Assembly: GCA_039630485.1 (NCBI GenBank)
Contig: JBCNUX010000001.1
Span: 17,783-81,782, forward strand
Origin: Chlorobiota bacterium
GTDB taxonomy: Bacteria > Bacteroidota > Ignavibacteria > Kapaibacteriales > HRBIN21
Length of the DNA: 64,000 nucleotides
Reading direction: 5' to 3'
Shown here: positions 8,036 through 18,153 of the stretch, piece after piece
How the letters are laid out: each line of letters opens with the position of its first letter
How positions within the stretch are numbered: the first letter of the stretch is position 1
Made by a program: the position numbers and the translations under genes
Notes under the pieces: generated by a model
Told to the model about the DNA's origin: nothing
Seen by the model: only the letters and a program-made list of their open reading frames with translations
Databases searched by the model: none

Positions 8036-9393
8036 TCGCCTGCCTCAGGGATGATAACGGTGTAGCCATACGCCTGCAGTTGCTGTTGGAGTAGCTCTTG
8101 TTGGGGTCGCTCTCCATGGACGAGCACAATCGTCGTGCTGGTGGGGAGCTGACGAAGATAGTGCAGGAGTTCCTCTCCGTCGGCGTGAGCACTCAAACCG
8201 GGGAGTTCCTCCACGCGGGCATGGACCGTGTACGGCTCTCCGAAGATCCGCACTCGCCGTTCTCCTTCTACCAGGCGGCGTCCTAAGGTATGGGCCGCGT
8301 TGTAGCCAACGAAGAGGATGAGCGTACGCGGGTTCCCGATGTGGTGCTTGAGATGGTGCAGGATGCGCCCGGATTCACACATCGCCGAGCCGGCAATGAC
8401 AGCATACGGTGGGGCTTCACGGAGAATTGCTTTGGATTCTTCCACGCTCCTGGTAAAGCGCAGCTGTGGAAAGCCGAATGGATCGGGATCTGAAGCGAGA
8501 AGCTCCTGAACGGTCTGGTTGAATTCCGCCAGATGGGTCCGGAAGAGCTGGGTTGCTGCTTCGGCCAATGGACTGTCGACGAAGACGGGGATCAGTGGGA
8601 GCTGCCCTGCGCGTGCCAATGCGTTGAGGTGGAAGAGGAGCTCTTGGGTTCTCCCGACAGTAAAGGCAGGGATAAGGAGCACGCCTTTTCGACGGGCGAC
8701 CTCGTAGAAGATGTCGCAGAGCCGCTGGCGGACAGCTTGGCTCCCTTCATGCCGATGCCCGGCATAGGTAGACTCAGCAAGGAGGATGTCCACGGGTTCT
8801 GGGGGAGCAGGGGGAGGGAGTAGAAGAGGGCATTGACGGCCAAGATCACCAGTGAAGCCTACGCGGACTGTACGCCCACGCTCAGAGAGCTCGAGGAGTA
8901 TCTGCGCTGAACCCAAGATATGCCCTGCCTGGCGCAGGCGCAGTAGAACCCCCGGTGCGATCTGCACGGGCTCCTCGTAGGCAATCGGGAAGAAGCGCGC
9001 CATTGTGCGCGGTACGTCTTCCCCGCAGTATAGTGGAACGATGTGCTCGCCCCGCTCCTGGAGTAGGTATTCGGCGTCCTTCTCTTGGATCTGGGCGCTA
9101 TCGGCAAGGAGGATGGCGCAGAGGTCTTGAGTTGGTGGGGTTGCGTAGATCAGCCCTGGGAAGCCATGCTTGACGAGTGTGGGGAGGTTGCCCGAGTGGT
9201 CTATGTGGGCATGGGAGAGCACGACAGCATGGACGTCTGTAGGAGGGATTGGGAAGGTGCGGTTCCGCTCGTACGCTTCTGCCCGTCGGCCCTGGAAGAG
9301 GCCGCAGTCCAAGAAGATGTAGTGGCCGTTGACGTGCACGATGTGGAGCGAACCGGTAACAGTCTGCGCTGCACCCCAGAAGCCGATTTCCAT
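8020..9393 (-). CDS. MBL-fold metallo-hydrolase, beta-CASP/RNA-metabolising family
   Basis: HAHIDHSG metallo-beta-lactamase motif followed by beta-CASP-like and C-terminal RNA-specificity-like regions, about 457 aa. The ORF-track N-terminal 127 aa (Arg/Pro-rich) overlap the macro-domain gene and were trimmed to MEIGFWGAAQ, with a 1-nt TAATG junction. Confidence 0.75.
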   Translation of the reverse strand: MEIGFWGAAQTVTGSLHIVHVNGHYIFLDCGLFQGRRAEAYERNRTFPIPPTDVHAVVLSHAHIDHSGNLPTLVKHGFPGLIYATPPTQDLCAILLADSAQIQEKDAEYLLQERGEHIVPLYCGEDVPRTMARFFPIAYEEPVQIAPGVLLRLRQAGHILGSAQILLELSERGRTVRVGFTGDLGRQCPLLLPPPAPPEPVDILLAESTYAGHRHEGSQAVRQRLCDIFYEVARRKGVLLIPAFTVGRTQELLFHLNALARAGQLPLIPVFVDSPLAEAATQLFRTHLAEFNQTVQELLASDPDPFGFPQLRFTRSVEESKAILREAPPYAVIAGSAMCESGRILHHLKHHIGNPRTLILFVGYNAAHTLGRRLVEGERRVRIFGEPYTVHARVEELPGLSAHADGEELLHYLRQLPTSTTIVLVHGERPQQELLQQQLQAYGYTVIIPEAGEWLTL

Positions 9394-9920
9394 TACTGCT
9401 GTGCGTCTACCATCTGCTGGTAGGCCTCGAGGTAGGAGCGGTAAGTTGCTTCGTCGAAGCAAACGATGCGGACACGCTCGATGTCTGGGAACTGGGGCAG
9501 TCCAGCGGCGAGCTCCCGCAGGGCAATGCGGCAGGCCCGGTCGACGGGGAAGCCGTAAGCCCCGGTGCTGATGGATGGGAAGGCGATGGTGTGGATGCCA
9601 TGCGTGTGAGCGAGCTCCAGCACACGGCGGTAGCACGATGCTAAGGTCTCGTCTTCGCCGTGAGTTCCACCGCGCCAGATCGGTCCAACAGTATGGATGA
9701 CGAAGCGGGCCGGGAGGCGGTAGCCTTTCGTGATAACAGCATCTCCGGGAGCACAGTAACCGATTCGTCGGCACTCCTCCGCTAGTTCTGGCCCTGCTGC
9801 ACGGTGGATGGCTCCGCAGACGCCGCCGCCTGGCAGGAGTGCTGAGTTAGCGGCGTTGACGATTGCGTCCACCTGTTCCGTTGTAATGTCTCCGCGCGCG
9901 ATCTCGATCCGCTCCAACAT
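9393..9920 (-). CDS. macro-domain protein (O-acetyl-ADP-ribose deacetylase-like)
   Basis: GDITTEQVDAIVNAANSALLPGGGVCGAIHRAAG macro-domain core, 175 aa. Confidence 0.85.
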   Translation of the reverse strand: MLERIEIARGDITTEQVDAIVNAANSALLPGGGVCGAIHRAAGPELAEECRRIGYCAPGDAVITKGYRLPARFVIHTVGPIWRGGTHGEDETLASCYRRVLELAHTHGIHTIAFPSISTGAYGFPVDRACRIALRELAAGLPQFPDIERVRIVCFDEATYRSYLEAYQQMVDAQQ

Positions 9921-9948
9921 GGTAGGCGAACAGCGATAGTGGAACTGG

Positions 9949-12294
9949 CTATGCGGGGGTTTTTGAGATAGGATTGCCGGAGGAGATCGGCTCTTCCTCT
10001 GCCTCTGGCGGAGGGGTGGGCGTTAGCTCGGAGTGGCACTGCGGACAGTGCCAGAGGGTAACCCATTCGCCATCAGACCATCGTCCGCGTTCCTCAACGT
10101 ATGGATGGCCGCACTGGGGACATGGCGAGGGGAGAGGGCGATAGCGGGATACGTAGCGGCAGTCGGGATAGCGCGAACATCCCCAGAAGCGCCGCTGATG
10201 GCGGTCCATCCGTTCGACGAGCTCTCCTTCGCCGCACTGTGGACACCGGACGCCAGAGCTCAGCGGGCGGGTACCGTTGCACTCAGGATAGCGCGAGCAG
10301 CCGTAGAAGGCACCGTACCGACTCTGCCGCAGCACCATCGGTGCTCCGCAGATTGGGCAGGGGAGGTCGGCCCGCAGCTCTGAGAGTTGCGTCGGTTTCG
10401 GGAGCGGCTGGGTCTTGCCGCACTGTGGACATCGTAAGTATCGCTTCCCCCAGCGTGAGCGCGCAACCTGCATCGGCGCACCGCATGCGGGACAGGCGAA
10501 AGGAGACTGTAGCGACTGCTGAGCTCGTTCCAGGGCGCTACGGAATGGGCTGTAGAAGCGCTCCAGCACAGAGCGGTAGCTGGCCTGTTTCTCTGCAATG
10601 GCGTCCAGGTCTTGCTCCATGGCGGCGGTGAAGCCAACGGAGAAGATGTCCGGGAAGAAGCGCACTAAGATGTCGTTTACCTTCCGTCCCAACGGGGTTG
10701 GGACCAACTGCTTACGCTGCCGACGGACGTACTGGCGTTCGAAGAGTGTGCTGACGATCGTGGCGTACGTACTTGGCCGTCCGATGCCGAGCTCGTCGAG
10801 CTCTTTGACCAGGGTGGCTTCTGTGTATCGGGCAGGCGGCTTTGTCTGGCTTGCCTTGACCTCCCATGTCTGGAGACTCAGTGAAAGCCCTTCGGTCAGC
10901 TCGGCTGGGAGTGTCTGGCGCTCTTCCTCGTCGTCTTCATCACTGAACTCAGCGTAGGCGCGGAGGAAGCCGTCGAAGAGGATGCTGCTACCGCTAGCGC
11001 GGAAGCGGAAGTCGTCTCCGGCGACGATGACCGTGACGGACTCCAACTCTGCTGCTTGCATCTGAGAGGCTAAGAAGCGAGTGTAAATGAGCTCGTACAA
11101 CTCCGCCATCTCCTCCGGTAGGTGCGGGCGGATGCGCTCTGGGGTGTACTCCAGGTGGGTAGGCCGGATCGCTTCGTGGGCATCTTGGACATGGGCGGAT
11201 TTGCTGGTGTACTGTGGTGGTTCCGGCGGGAGATACTCGGGGCCAAATAGATTTGCAATGGCGGTACGGGCAGCCTGCTGGGCTTCGTGGCTGACGCGCA
11301 TAGAATCGGTGCGCATGTACGTGATGAGCCCTTCGGGCCCTTCGCCTCCTACGGTGACGCCTTCGTAGAGCTGCTGTGCCAAGCGCATTGTCTGCCGGGG
11401 CGAGAGTCCGAGCCGGCGCGAGGCCTCTTGCTGGAGGAGGCTGGTCGTGAACGGTGGGGGAGGCTGACGCTTCTGCCGCCGCTTGCGGACTTCGGCTATC
11501 TCCCAAGAAGAGCATCTGCGGAGCGCTTCCAGTACGCGTTCAGCTTCTGCCTCCGAGCGGAGGTAGTGGAGGTTGCTCATCTGTTCTGGCGATAGTTCGT
11601 GCATCGAACCCTCAGGGTTCCGAATGGGCTTGTCGTCGTAGGCGATAAGCTCGGCCCAAAATCCCTGACCTGAGGGCAGGAGGAAGTAGGCGCGAATGCG
11701 CCAGAAGGGAATAGGCTGGAAGCGTTCGATGCTCTCTTCGCGTTCGCAGATGAGGCGGAGTGCCACCGATTGGACACGGCCAGCGGAGAGGGCATGCGAG
11801 ACTTCGTGAGCCAGTGCGTCACTCAGCCATGGGGAAATCTCGTAGCCGATGAGGCGATCCATGACACGGCGAGCCTGCTGGGAGAGGACGAGGTCACGGT
11901 CGAGCTCCCGCGGCTGCGCGATGCCGTTCTGGACACCGGTTTTGGTGATCTCGTAGAAGAGGACGCGGCGGATATTCGGGTTGATGGGGCGGAGCTCTTC
12001 GGCAAGGTGCCACGCGATAGCCTCCCCTTCACGGTCTGGGTCTGTTGCTAACAGAACGCTATCCGTGCTTGCGGCAAGAGCTTTGAGCCGCTCGAGGATC
12101 CTACGCCGTTCAGGAATGAGGATGTAGCGTGGCTGAAAGCCACGTGCAATATCCACCCCTAAATTGTGCTCTGGCAGGTCCCTGACATGACCCAAGGATG
12201 CCTCTACAGTGTAGTCTTTGCCGAGGTAATGCTGGATTGTCCGTGCTTTGGCTGGAGATTCTACCACCACAAGGTGCCGGGCAGAAGTCGTCAT
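9949..12294 (-). CDS. topA: DNA topoisomerase I
   Basis: LVVVESPAKARTIQHYLG Toprim start and active-site region, with four C-terminal CxxC...CxxC zinc ribbons. Start placed at the Met before TTSARHLVVVESP. The ORF track allows an upstream start at 12423 with a basic 43-aa extension. Confidence 0.88.
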   Translation of the reverse strand: MTTSARHLVVVESPAKARTIQHYLGKDYTVEASLGHVRDLPEHNLGVDIARGFQPRYILIPERRRILERLKALAASTDSVLLATDPDREGEAIAWHLAEELRPINPNIRRVLFYEITKTGVQNGIAQPRELDRDLVLSQQARRVMDRLIGYEISPWLSDALAHEVSHALSAGRVQSVALRLICEREESIERFQPIPFWRIRAYFLLPSGQGFWAELIAYDDKPIRNPEGSMHELSPEQMSNLHYLRSEAEAERVLEALRRCSSWEIAEVRKRRQKRQPPPPFTTSLLQQEASRRLGLSPRQTMRLAQQLYEGVTVGGEGPEGLITYMRTDSMRVSHEAQQAARTAIANLFGPEYLPPEPPQYTSKSAHVQDAHEAIRPTHLEYTPERIRPHLPEEMAELYELIYTRFLASQMQAAELESVTVIVAGDDFRFRASGSSILFDGFLRAYAEFSDEDDEEERQTLPAELTEGLSLSLQTWEVKASQTKPPARYTEATLVKELDELGIGRPSTYATIVSTLFERQYVRRQRKQLVPTPLGRKVNDILVRFFPDIFSVGFTAAMEQDLDAIAEKQASYRSVLERFYSPFRSALERAQQSLQSPFACPACGAPMQVARSRWGKRYLRCPQCGKTQPLPKPTQLSELRADLPCPICGAPMVLRQSRYGAFYGCSRYPECNGTRPLSSGVRCPQCGEGELVERMDRHQRRFWGCSRYPDCRYVSRYRPLPSPCPQCGHPYVEERGRWSDGEWVTLWHCPQCHSELTPTPPPEAEEEPISSGNPISKTPA

Positions 12295-12512
12295 GGCAGC
12301 CGCTGCTGAAGCTGCCGAAGATTGGCGATGTGCTACCTTGCTAGCCGTTTTTCGCTTACCCTTTGTCTGCTGCCGTGGCATAGCTCCTGCCTGAATAGCC
12401 GCGGAGTATAGACGCTGAGACATACCGGTGTCGTGAGCGTTGTAGGGGTTGCCAGCGGGGACGGCTATGGTTAGTATTTTCGCTACTACGAACCGTTGCA
12501 GCGTAAGGACAG

Positions 12513-14981
12513 ATGTGGCGTTATGGGCTGATCTTCGGAATTGCTGCTATCTGCGCGGCGGCCCGGGAGCCCCTCTCAGCACGGCTCTTCCTGCAGCCTG
12601 GCGAGCAGGTCTTGGCTCCGCAGGTAGCGGCACGGTATTGGGTGGACAGGCAAGCGCTCCTTGCCGTAGCAACGCTGCCAGTTGCGTCGCTGGAGCTTCG
12701 GGACTTTCCGGTAGGTAGCGGAGAAGAAGCCACCGTTGCTCTTGAGCGCAGCCGTTCGGTGGTGGATGGGCAGACCCAGTGGTGGCGCGGAGTGCGTCCG
12801 GCCCGCCCTGGACAGTCAGAGCACCTTGAGCCGATGCCTGGCCGAGCTCAGCACGTCTTCACCGGCACGATCATCGGCGAACAGGGCTCGAGAGTCGTGC
12901 TGAGCATCGTCGGTGGAGAGCTCTACGGGATAGTGTGGCGTGCGGATGGCCGCCGGTTCGCAATGGTCCCAACGGGTCAGAGCCGGGGAGAGCGCTATGA
13001 GCATACCTTCGGCTCAGATGCCCTCCACGAGCTCCAGCCCTGGGTCTGCAGGATTGAGCAGACAGCAGAGTACTGGGAACAACTCCGCTCTTTCAAGGAG
13101 CCGCCGCTGCCATTACCGCAGATGTTGACTCTGCGGATGGCGAGAGTTGCTGTAGAGACCACCTCTTCGCTCTATCAACGCCTCAACAGAGACTACGACC
13201 GAGTTGCCGCCTACGTGGCTTCGGTGTTTGCGATGGTGAGCCGCATCTACGAGGACGAGGTCAACGTCACTCTGGAACTCTCGTGGGTGCTTATCTGGAT
13301 GGCTCCTCCCGACGGGGATGAGGACCCGTACGTAAGTGACAACAATAACGACATCGGTGCGCTCTTGGGTGAGGTTGCATCGTACTGGAATACCCATCGC
13401 CGAAATGTTCCGCGCGACCTTGTCCATGTGATGAGTGCCCCCGGCGGGACAATAGTCGGCGGGATCGCACGCCTCAACACGCTGTGTGATCGTGGAGGCG
13501 CTTACAGCATCAGTGGTGTCCGAGGGAGCTACCAGTACCCCACGCTGAGCTACACGTGGGACGTGCATGTCGTCGCTCACGAAATTGGGCATGTGTTCGG
13601 CGCTCCCCATACGCATGCCTGTGTGTGGAGTCCGCCGCTGGATACATGCGTCACGCAGGACGCGCAGCCCTATCCAACGCCAGATGCCTGCTATCGGTCC
13701 CCGATTCGACCGCGCAGCTCGTGGGATGGGGGAAGCATCATGAGCTATTGCCACCTGGTGCAGCCGTCCGTCGCGCTGACGTTTCGGCCACGCGTGGCCG
13801 TTGTCATCCGGAATAGCCGTGCTGAGAGCTGCTTGCCTGTGCCGACGACACCAAAACTCCTCCTTCAGCACCCTGTCGGGAACCAGAACTTCCGAGGGGG
13901 AGATACCGTGGAGATTCGCTGGACCTCCGCACAGGTCCAAGTCGTGGCCATCGAGTACTCCACAGACACCATGCGGACGTGGCAGCGGATTGCCTCGGGA
14001 ATACTGGCAGCGCAGCGAAGCTACCGGTGGGTAACACCGCAGCAGACCTTTCCTCGGGTGTGGTTGCGGATCTACGACGTGACGAATCCGCAAGTTGGGG
14101 ATACAACGATGGCGAGCTTCGCGCTTGCTGTCCCAACTGTCTCTCTCAATGCCCCACGCGGTGGGGAGCGGTACGGCCACCGGGAGCGGGTCAGTATTGA
14201 CTGGACTACGACTCTGGTCTCCGCTGTCCATCTGCTCTTTTCGTCTGACGGCGGGACTCGGTGGGATACGTTAGCGAGGGCCACAACGGCACGCTCGTAC
14301 CTGTGGACTGTCCCAACGATCGTGACAGACCGAGCAGTGGTGCGGGTTCAGGATACGGCAGATCCAAGGGTGGCCGATCAAAGCCAGCCATTTGCTATCG
14401 GAGCGCCGGTTTTGGAGCTTTTGGCTCCAAATGGAGGCGAGCGGTGGGCGGTCGGGAGCCAGCAGCGGATTCGATGGCGTTCGGATTTCCTCAGCCGCCT
14501 ACGGATTGAGTATTCCACCGATGGTGGGCAGAGTTGGATTGTCATCCGAGCTTCTCAGGAGGCAGCTCCGCAGGAGTACCTCTGGCAAGTGCCGAATACG
14601 CCAACAGAGCAGGCGTTGGTGCGGCTACGCAACGTGGCAAATCCCAGCCAGACTGTCCAGAGCGCTGCTGTCTTTGCCATCGAGTCTGCTTCTTCCGTGT
14701 CGCAGACTGACCGGCCCGTTCCGGTGCAGCCGCTGTCCGCTGTGGTGGAAGGCTCATGGGCATGGATACGGATTCGCACAGAAGAACCTCTCGGGAGGGT
14801 CCGAATCCGGCTGTCTACGCTCCTTGGACAGCTCATTGGTGAAGAGCACTGGGAGGAACTGCCAGCGGGGGAGCAGGTGCTGAGTGTTGCGCTTTCGGCC
14901 AGGCTTCCCAGCGGACTGTATGTTCTGCAATTCCTGTCCGATCGCGCCCAGTGGAGCCTGCCGCTGAGGGTCATCTGGTAA
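12513..14981 (+). CDS. secreted metzincin metalloprotease with three Kre9/KNH-like Ig repeats and a T9SS C-terminal sorting domain
   Basis: Signal peptide. HEIGHVFGAPH (HExxHxxGxxH) plus the SIMSY Met-turn. Three tandem repeats of about 85 aa, each with P.GGE.W...I.W...YS.DGG..W...Y.W.VP. The C-terminal approximately 85 aa resemble a type-A T9SS CTD (VRIRL...GLYVLQF...LPLRVIW). Confidence 0.8.
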   Translation: MWRYGLIFGIAAICAAAREPLSARLFLQPGEQVLAPQVAARYWVDRQALLAVATLPVASLELRDFPVGSGEEATVALERSRSVVDGQTQWWRGVRPARPGQSEHLEPMPGRAQHVFTGTIIGEQGSRVVLSIVGGELYGIVWRADGRRFAMVPTGQSRGERYEHTFGSDALHELQPWVCRIEQTAEYWEQLRSFKEPPLPLPQMLTLRMARVAVETTSSLYQRLNRDYDRVAAYVASVFAMVSRIYEDEVNVTLELSWVLIWMAPPDGDEDPYVSDNNNDIGALLGEVASYWNTHRRNVPRDLVHVMSAPGGTIVGGIARLNTLCDRGGAYSISGVRGSYQYPTLSYTWDVHVVAHEIGHVFGAPHTHACVWSPPLDTCVTQDAQPYPTPDACYRSPIRPRSSWDGGSIMSYCHLVQPSVALTFRPRVAVVIRNSRAESCLPVPTTPKLLLQHPVGNQNFRGGDTVEIRWTSAQVQVVAIEYSTDTMRTWQRIASGILAAQRSYRWVTPQQTFPRVWLRIYDVTNPQVGDTTMASFALAVPTVSLNAPRGGERYGHRERVSIDWTTTLVSAVHLLFSSDGGTRWDTLARATTARSYLWTVPTIVTDRAVVRVQDTADPRVADQSQPFAIGAPVLELLAPNGGERWAVGSQQRIRWRSDFLSRLRIEYSTDGGQSWIVIRASQEAAPQEYLWQVPNTPTEQALVRLRNVANPSQTVQSAAVFAIESASSVSQTDRPVPVQPLSAVVEGSWAWIRIRTEEPLGRVRIRLSTLLGQLIGEEHWEELPAGEQVLSVALSARLPSGLYVLQFLSDRAQWSLPLRVIW

Positions 14982-14992
14982 AGGGCTAGACT

Positions 14993-15904
14993 ATGGGGGC
15001 GATTGCAGCAGTGGTTGCACGGGTACTGCCGCTGCTGCCGCGGCGGCTCGTGTGGGCGGTAGGGCGCCGCTACATTGCTGGCACGGAGTTGAGTGACGCC
15101 GTGCAGTGTGCTGCCACCTTCGCTGCTCAAGGCATCCGGAGTACGTTAGACGTGCTCGGGGAGTTCGTCACGGACTGGGCCCAAGCGCAGCAGTACGCTA
15201 TACAAGCGTCGGAGGTGCTTCAGGCGATAGCACAGCATCGGCTACCAGCCTATCTGTCTGTGAAGCTAACAGCTCTTGGCGTCGATATTGACCGCGAGGC
15301 CAGCTATGGGCTACTGCGGGGGCTTGTCGAGCAGGCTCGCCAGCTAGGGTTGTTCGTGCGGATCGACATGGAGAATTCGCCGTACACGGACATCACCTTC
15401 GCGTTCTACCGACGACTCCGTAGCGAAGGCTACGACAACGTTGGCATCGTCATTCAGGCTTACCTTCGGAGAAGCCGAGCTGACGTAGAGTCGCTCCTGC
15501 CGTTGCGACCGTTCATACGGCTGTGCAAGGGCATCTACATCGAGCCTCGAGAGATCGCCTACCAGAGCCGAGAAGAAGTCCGGCGGAGCTACAAGGAGCT
15601 CCTGGAACTCATGCTGCGGCATGGTATACCGACGGCCATTGCTACCCACGACGAAGAGCTGCTACGGTTCGCAGAAGTAGCGCTTCGGCGATACGAAGTG
15701 CCGCCCGACCAGTACGAGTTCCAAATGCTCTTGGGTGTCCGTCCAGAGCGCCGTCGCCTTCTGCGGCAGCAGGGCCATCCGGTGCGGGTTTACATCCCGT
15801 TTGGGCATAACTGGTACGGCTACTCCCTGCGGCGTCTGCGGGAGAATCCCAACATTGTCGGGCATATCCTCCGAACCCTCCTCCAGTTCGATCGGCAGCA
15901 GTGA
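14993..15904 (+). CDS. proline dehydrogenase (monofunctional PRODH)
   Basis: C-terminal VYIPFGHNWYGYSLRRLRENP, with a PRODH TIM-barrel-like sequence throughout. Confidence 0.8.
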   Translation: MGAIAAVVARVLPLLPRRLVWAVGRRYIAGTELSDAVQCAATFAAQGIRSTLDVLGEFVTDWAQAQQYAIQASEVLQAIAQHRLPAYLSVKLTALGVDIDREASYGLLRGLVEQARQLGLFVRIDMENSPYTDITFAFYRRLRSEGYDNVGIVIQAYLRRSRADVESLLPLRPFIRLCKGIYIEPREIAYQSREEVRRSYKELLELMLRHGIPTAIATHDEELLRFAEVALRRYEVPPDQYEFQMLLGVRPERRRLLRQQGHPVRVYIPFGHNWYGYSLRRLRENPNIVGHILRTLLQFDRQQ

Positions 15905-16812
15905 TGGGCACCATGCGAGGCTGCCGCTTTGGCTTCTTACTCCTCGTCTACTTCGGCATCGGCTCATGCCAGTTCCAGCAGCAATCGGCCCAACGGGATG
16001 CTCAGTCGCTGGATTTCATCACGATTGGGACCTTCAACATCGAGTGGCTGGGCGACGGAATCAACGACCGCAAGCCTCGTACAGAAGAGGACTTACGGCG
16101 TCTGGGAGAGCTCATTCAGCGCTCAGGCGTAGACCTCCTGGGGGTACAGGAAGTAGAGAACGACCGGGCCCTTCGGCGGCTGCTGCGGTATCTGCCGGAT
16201 TTTGAGGGCATTGTTGGTTCCTTGGGAGGACAGCAGAACCTCGGACTCCTCTATCGCCGCTCGGTGCAGGTCCGCTCCCTTGGGGAGTACACGCCGTTGA
16301 TGGTTCAGCCAGGGCGGACTCGGCCAGGCCTCCTGGCATACTGCCGGGCCGGAAATGCGGACTTCTACCTGATGGTGGTCCACTTGAAGTCTACCTCACG
16401 CTACGACGACACTCCTGAGTTGCAGGAGTTGTCTCGTCAGCTACGCCTCCGACAAGCACAGCGCCTCTCCCAGTGGGTGGATTCGCTGCTGGCAAGATCG
16501 AGGGAGAGGGATATCGTGATCGTCGGGGATTTCAACGACACTCCGCGTCGGCGGAAGTACCCGACGCTGACCCCATTGCTGGAGAACCCCGCGTTGGTGT
16601 TTCTCACTGCGGAGCTACGGAGCTGCCGATATGAGCGGGCGTATGTGATTGACCACGTGGTTGTCAGCAGTAGCTTCTGGCAGCGCTTCCGTTCGGGGAG
16701 TGCCCATGTCGTGAACTTCTATGCCCAGTACCCCTTCTCCGAGGCCGAGCGCCTCTCCGATCACTGCCCTGTGGTGGCGCAATTCGACGTAACTCAGCCC
16801 GACAATGACTGA
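15901..16812 (+). CDS. endonuclease/exonuclease/phosphatase-family lipoprotein
   Basis: Signal peptide with lipobox GIGSC. EEP motifs GTFNIEW, GVQEV, GDFND and SDHCPV. ATGA overlap with the preceding gene. Confidence 0.7.
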   Translation: MMGTMRGCRFGFLLLVYFGIGSCQFQQQSAQRDAQSLDFITIGTFNIEWLGDGINDRKPRTEEDLRRLGELIQRSGVDLLGVQEVENDRALRRLLRYLPDFEGIVGSLGGQQNLGLLYRRSVQVRSLGEYTPLMVQPGRTRPGLLAYCRAGNADFYLMVVHLKSTSRYDDTPELQELSRQLRLRQAQRLSQWVDSLLARSRERDIVIVGDFNDTPRRRKYPTLTPLLENPALVFLTAELRSCRYERAYVIDHVVVSSSFWQRFRSGSAHVVNFYAQYPFSEAERLSDHCPVVAQFDVTQPDND

Positions 16813-18145
16813 CGTTGCCGTTCTCGGGGCAGCGCGCAGCGGGATAGCGGCTGCTCGATTAGCCCGGCGGTTGGGGCTGTCGGTGTTCGTCTCTGAGCGC
16901 TTGCCAGCAGAGCAGTGTCCAAAGGCGGCTCAGACACTGCTGCAAGAGGACATACCGGCTGAGTTCGGAGGGCACAGCCAGCGTGTACTCCAAGCAGCGC
17001 AGATCATCATCTCTCCTGGAATTCCCCCACACACGCCGATAGTGCAGCAAGCCCTCCGCCGGAGGGTTCCAGTCGTCTCGGAGCTGGAGTTCGCCTGGCG
17101 GCAGCTCTCTGGGCAGAGGGTCGTGGCCGTGACAGGAACGAACGGCAAGACGACAACCACTGCTCTTCTGGGGTTCATCCTTCGACAGGCTGGCAGGCCG
17201 GTAGTCGTCGGTGGCAACATTGGGACACCGCTCTCAGAGCTTGTGTTGCAGGGAATCCTGCCGGAGGCAATCGTCGTTCTGGAGGTCAGCAGCTTCCAGC
17301 TCCAGTTCTGCCATCACTTCCGACCCGATATTGCCATGCTGCTGAACATTACGCCGGACCATTTGGACTACCACGGAAGCTTTGCTGCTTATCGCCGTGC
17401 GAAGTGGCGGATCACAGCACAGCAGCGCCAGGAGGATTTGCTAGTTTTGAATGCGGACGACCGGCATGCTCGTGCAGCAGAGCGCCGGACGCGAGCACGG
17501 TGTGCCTACTTCGGACAGAGGCCCGTCCCGCAGGGTGCCTATGTCCGAGGAAAGGACATCGTGATTGTGTGGCAGCAGAGAGAGGAAGTGGTGATGCGAA
17601 CCGACGAGGTGCGCCTGCCAGGAGTGCACAACCTCTACAACTCTCTGGCAGCAGCGGTAGCGGCTCGGGCGCTGGAAATCCGCAACGAAGATCTCCGCGA
17701 CAGCCTTATGCGATTTTCAGGCGTGGAGCACCGGCTGGAGCTCGTCCGTCGGTGGCGGGGGGTGGACTTCATCAATGACTCCAAGGCGACCAACGTCAGC
17801 GCCGCCTGGTATGCCCTCTCCAGCTACACTCAGCCGATTCTCTGGATTGCTGGAGGACGTGGGGAGCACAACGACTACAGCCTACTAGACGACCTCGTGC
17901 GTCAGCGGGTTCGGATGCTCATCGCCATCGGCGAAGAGGCGGACGCTCTCTTTGCGCATTTCTGCACGATGGTCCGATGCCAAAGGGCGGGCTCTTTAGA
18001 GGAAGCAGTCCAGATTGCGGCCCATGCTGCTCGGCCAGGGGATGTGGTGCTCTTGTCGCCGGCATGTAAGTCATTCGATATGTTCCTCAACTTCGAGCAC
18101 CGCGGCGAGGTCTTCCGCCAGGCCGTGTGGGGGCTACCAGAGTGA
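16805..18145 (+). CDS. murD: UDP-N-acetylmuramoylalanine--D-glutamate ligase
   Basis: VAVTGTNGKTTTTALLGFIL P-loop and DHLDYHG. The Mur ligase architecture spans 446 aa. Confidence 0.85.
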   Translation: MTDVAVLGAARSGIAAARLARRLGLSVFVSERLPAEQCPKAAQTLLQEDIPAEFGGHSQRVLQAAQIIISPGIPPHTPIVQQALRRRVPVVSELEFAWRQLSGQRVVAVTGTNGKTTTTALLGFILRQAGRPVVVGGNIGTPLSELVLQGILPEAIVVLEVSSFQLQFCHHFRPDIAMLLNITPDHLDYHGSFAAYRRAKWRITAQQRQEDLLVLNADDRHARAAERRTRARCAYFGQRPVPQGAYVRGKDIVIVWQQREEVVMRTDEVRLPGVHNLYNSLAAAVAARALEIRNEDLRDSLMRFSGVEHRLELVRRWRGVDFINDSKATNVSAAWYALSSYTQPILWIAGGRGEHNDYSLLDDLVRQRVRMLIAIGEEADALFAHFCTMVRCQRAGSLEEAVQIAAHAARPGDVVLLSPACKSFDMFLNFEHRGEVFRQAVWGLPE

Positions 18146-18153
18146 GCATGTGG

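Noticed and set aside
9394-9774. N-terminal 127-aa extension of the MBL hydrolase ORF
   Set aside because: Arg/Pro/His-rich. It overlaps the macro-domain gene in another frame. The conserved domain begins at MEIGFWGAAQ, with a TAATG junction.
13113-14231. 372-aa minus-strand ORF lying entirely inside the metzincin gene
   Set aside because: Antisense to a gene with clear HExxH and repeat-domain signals. The product is Arg/Pro/His-rich low complexity, typical of a GC-rich antisense frame.
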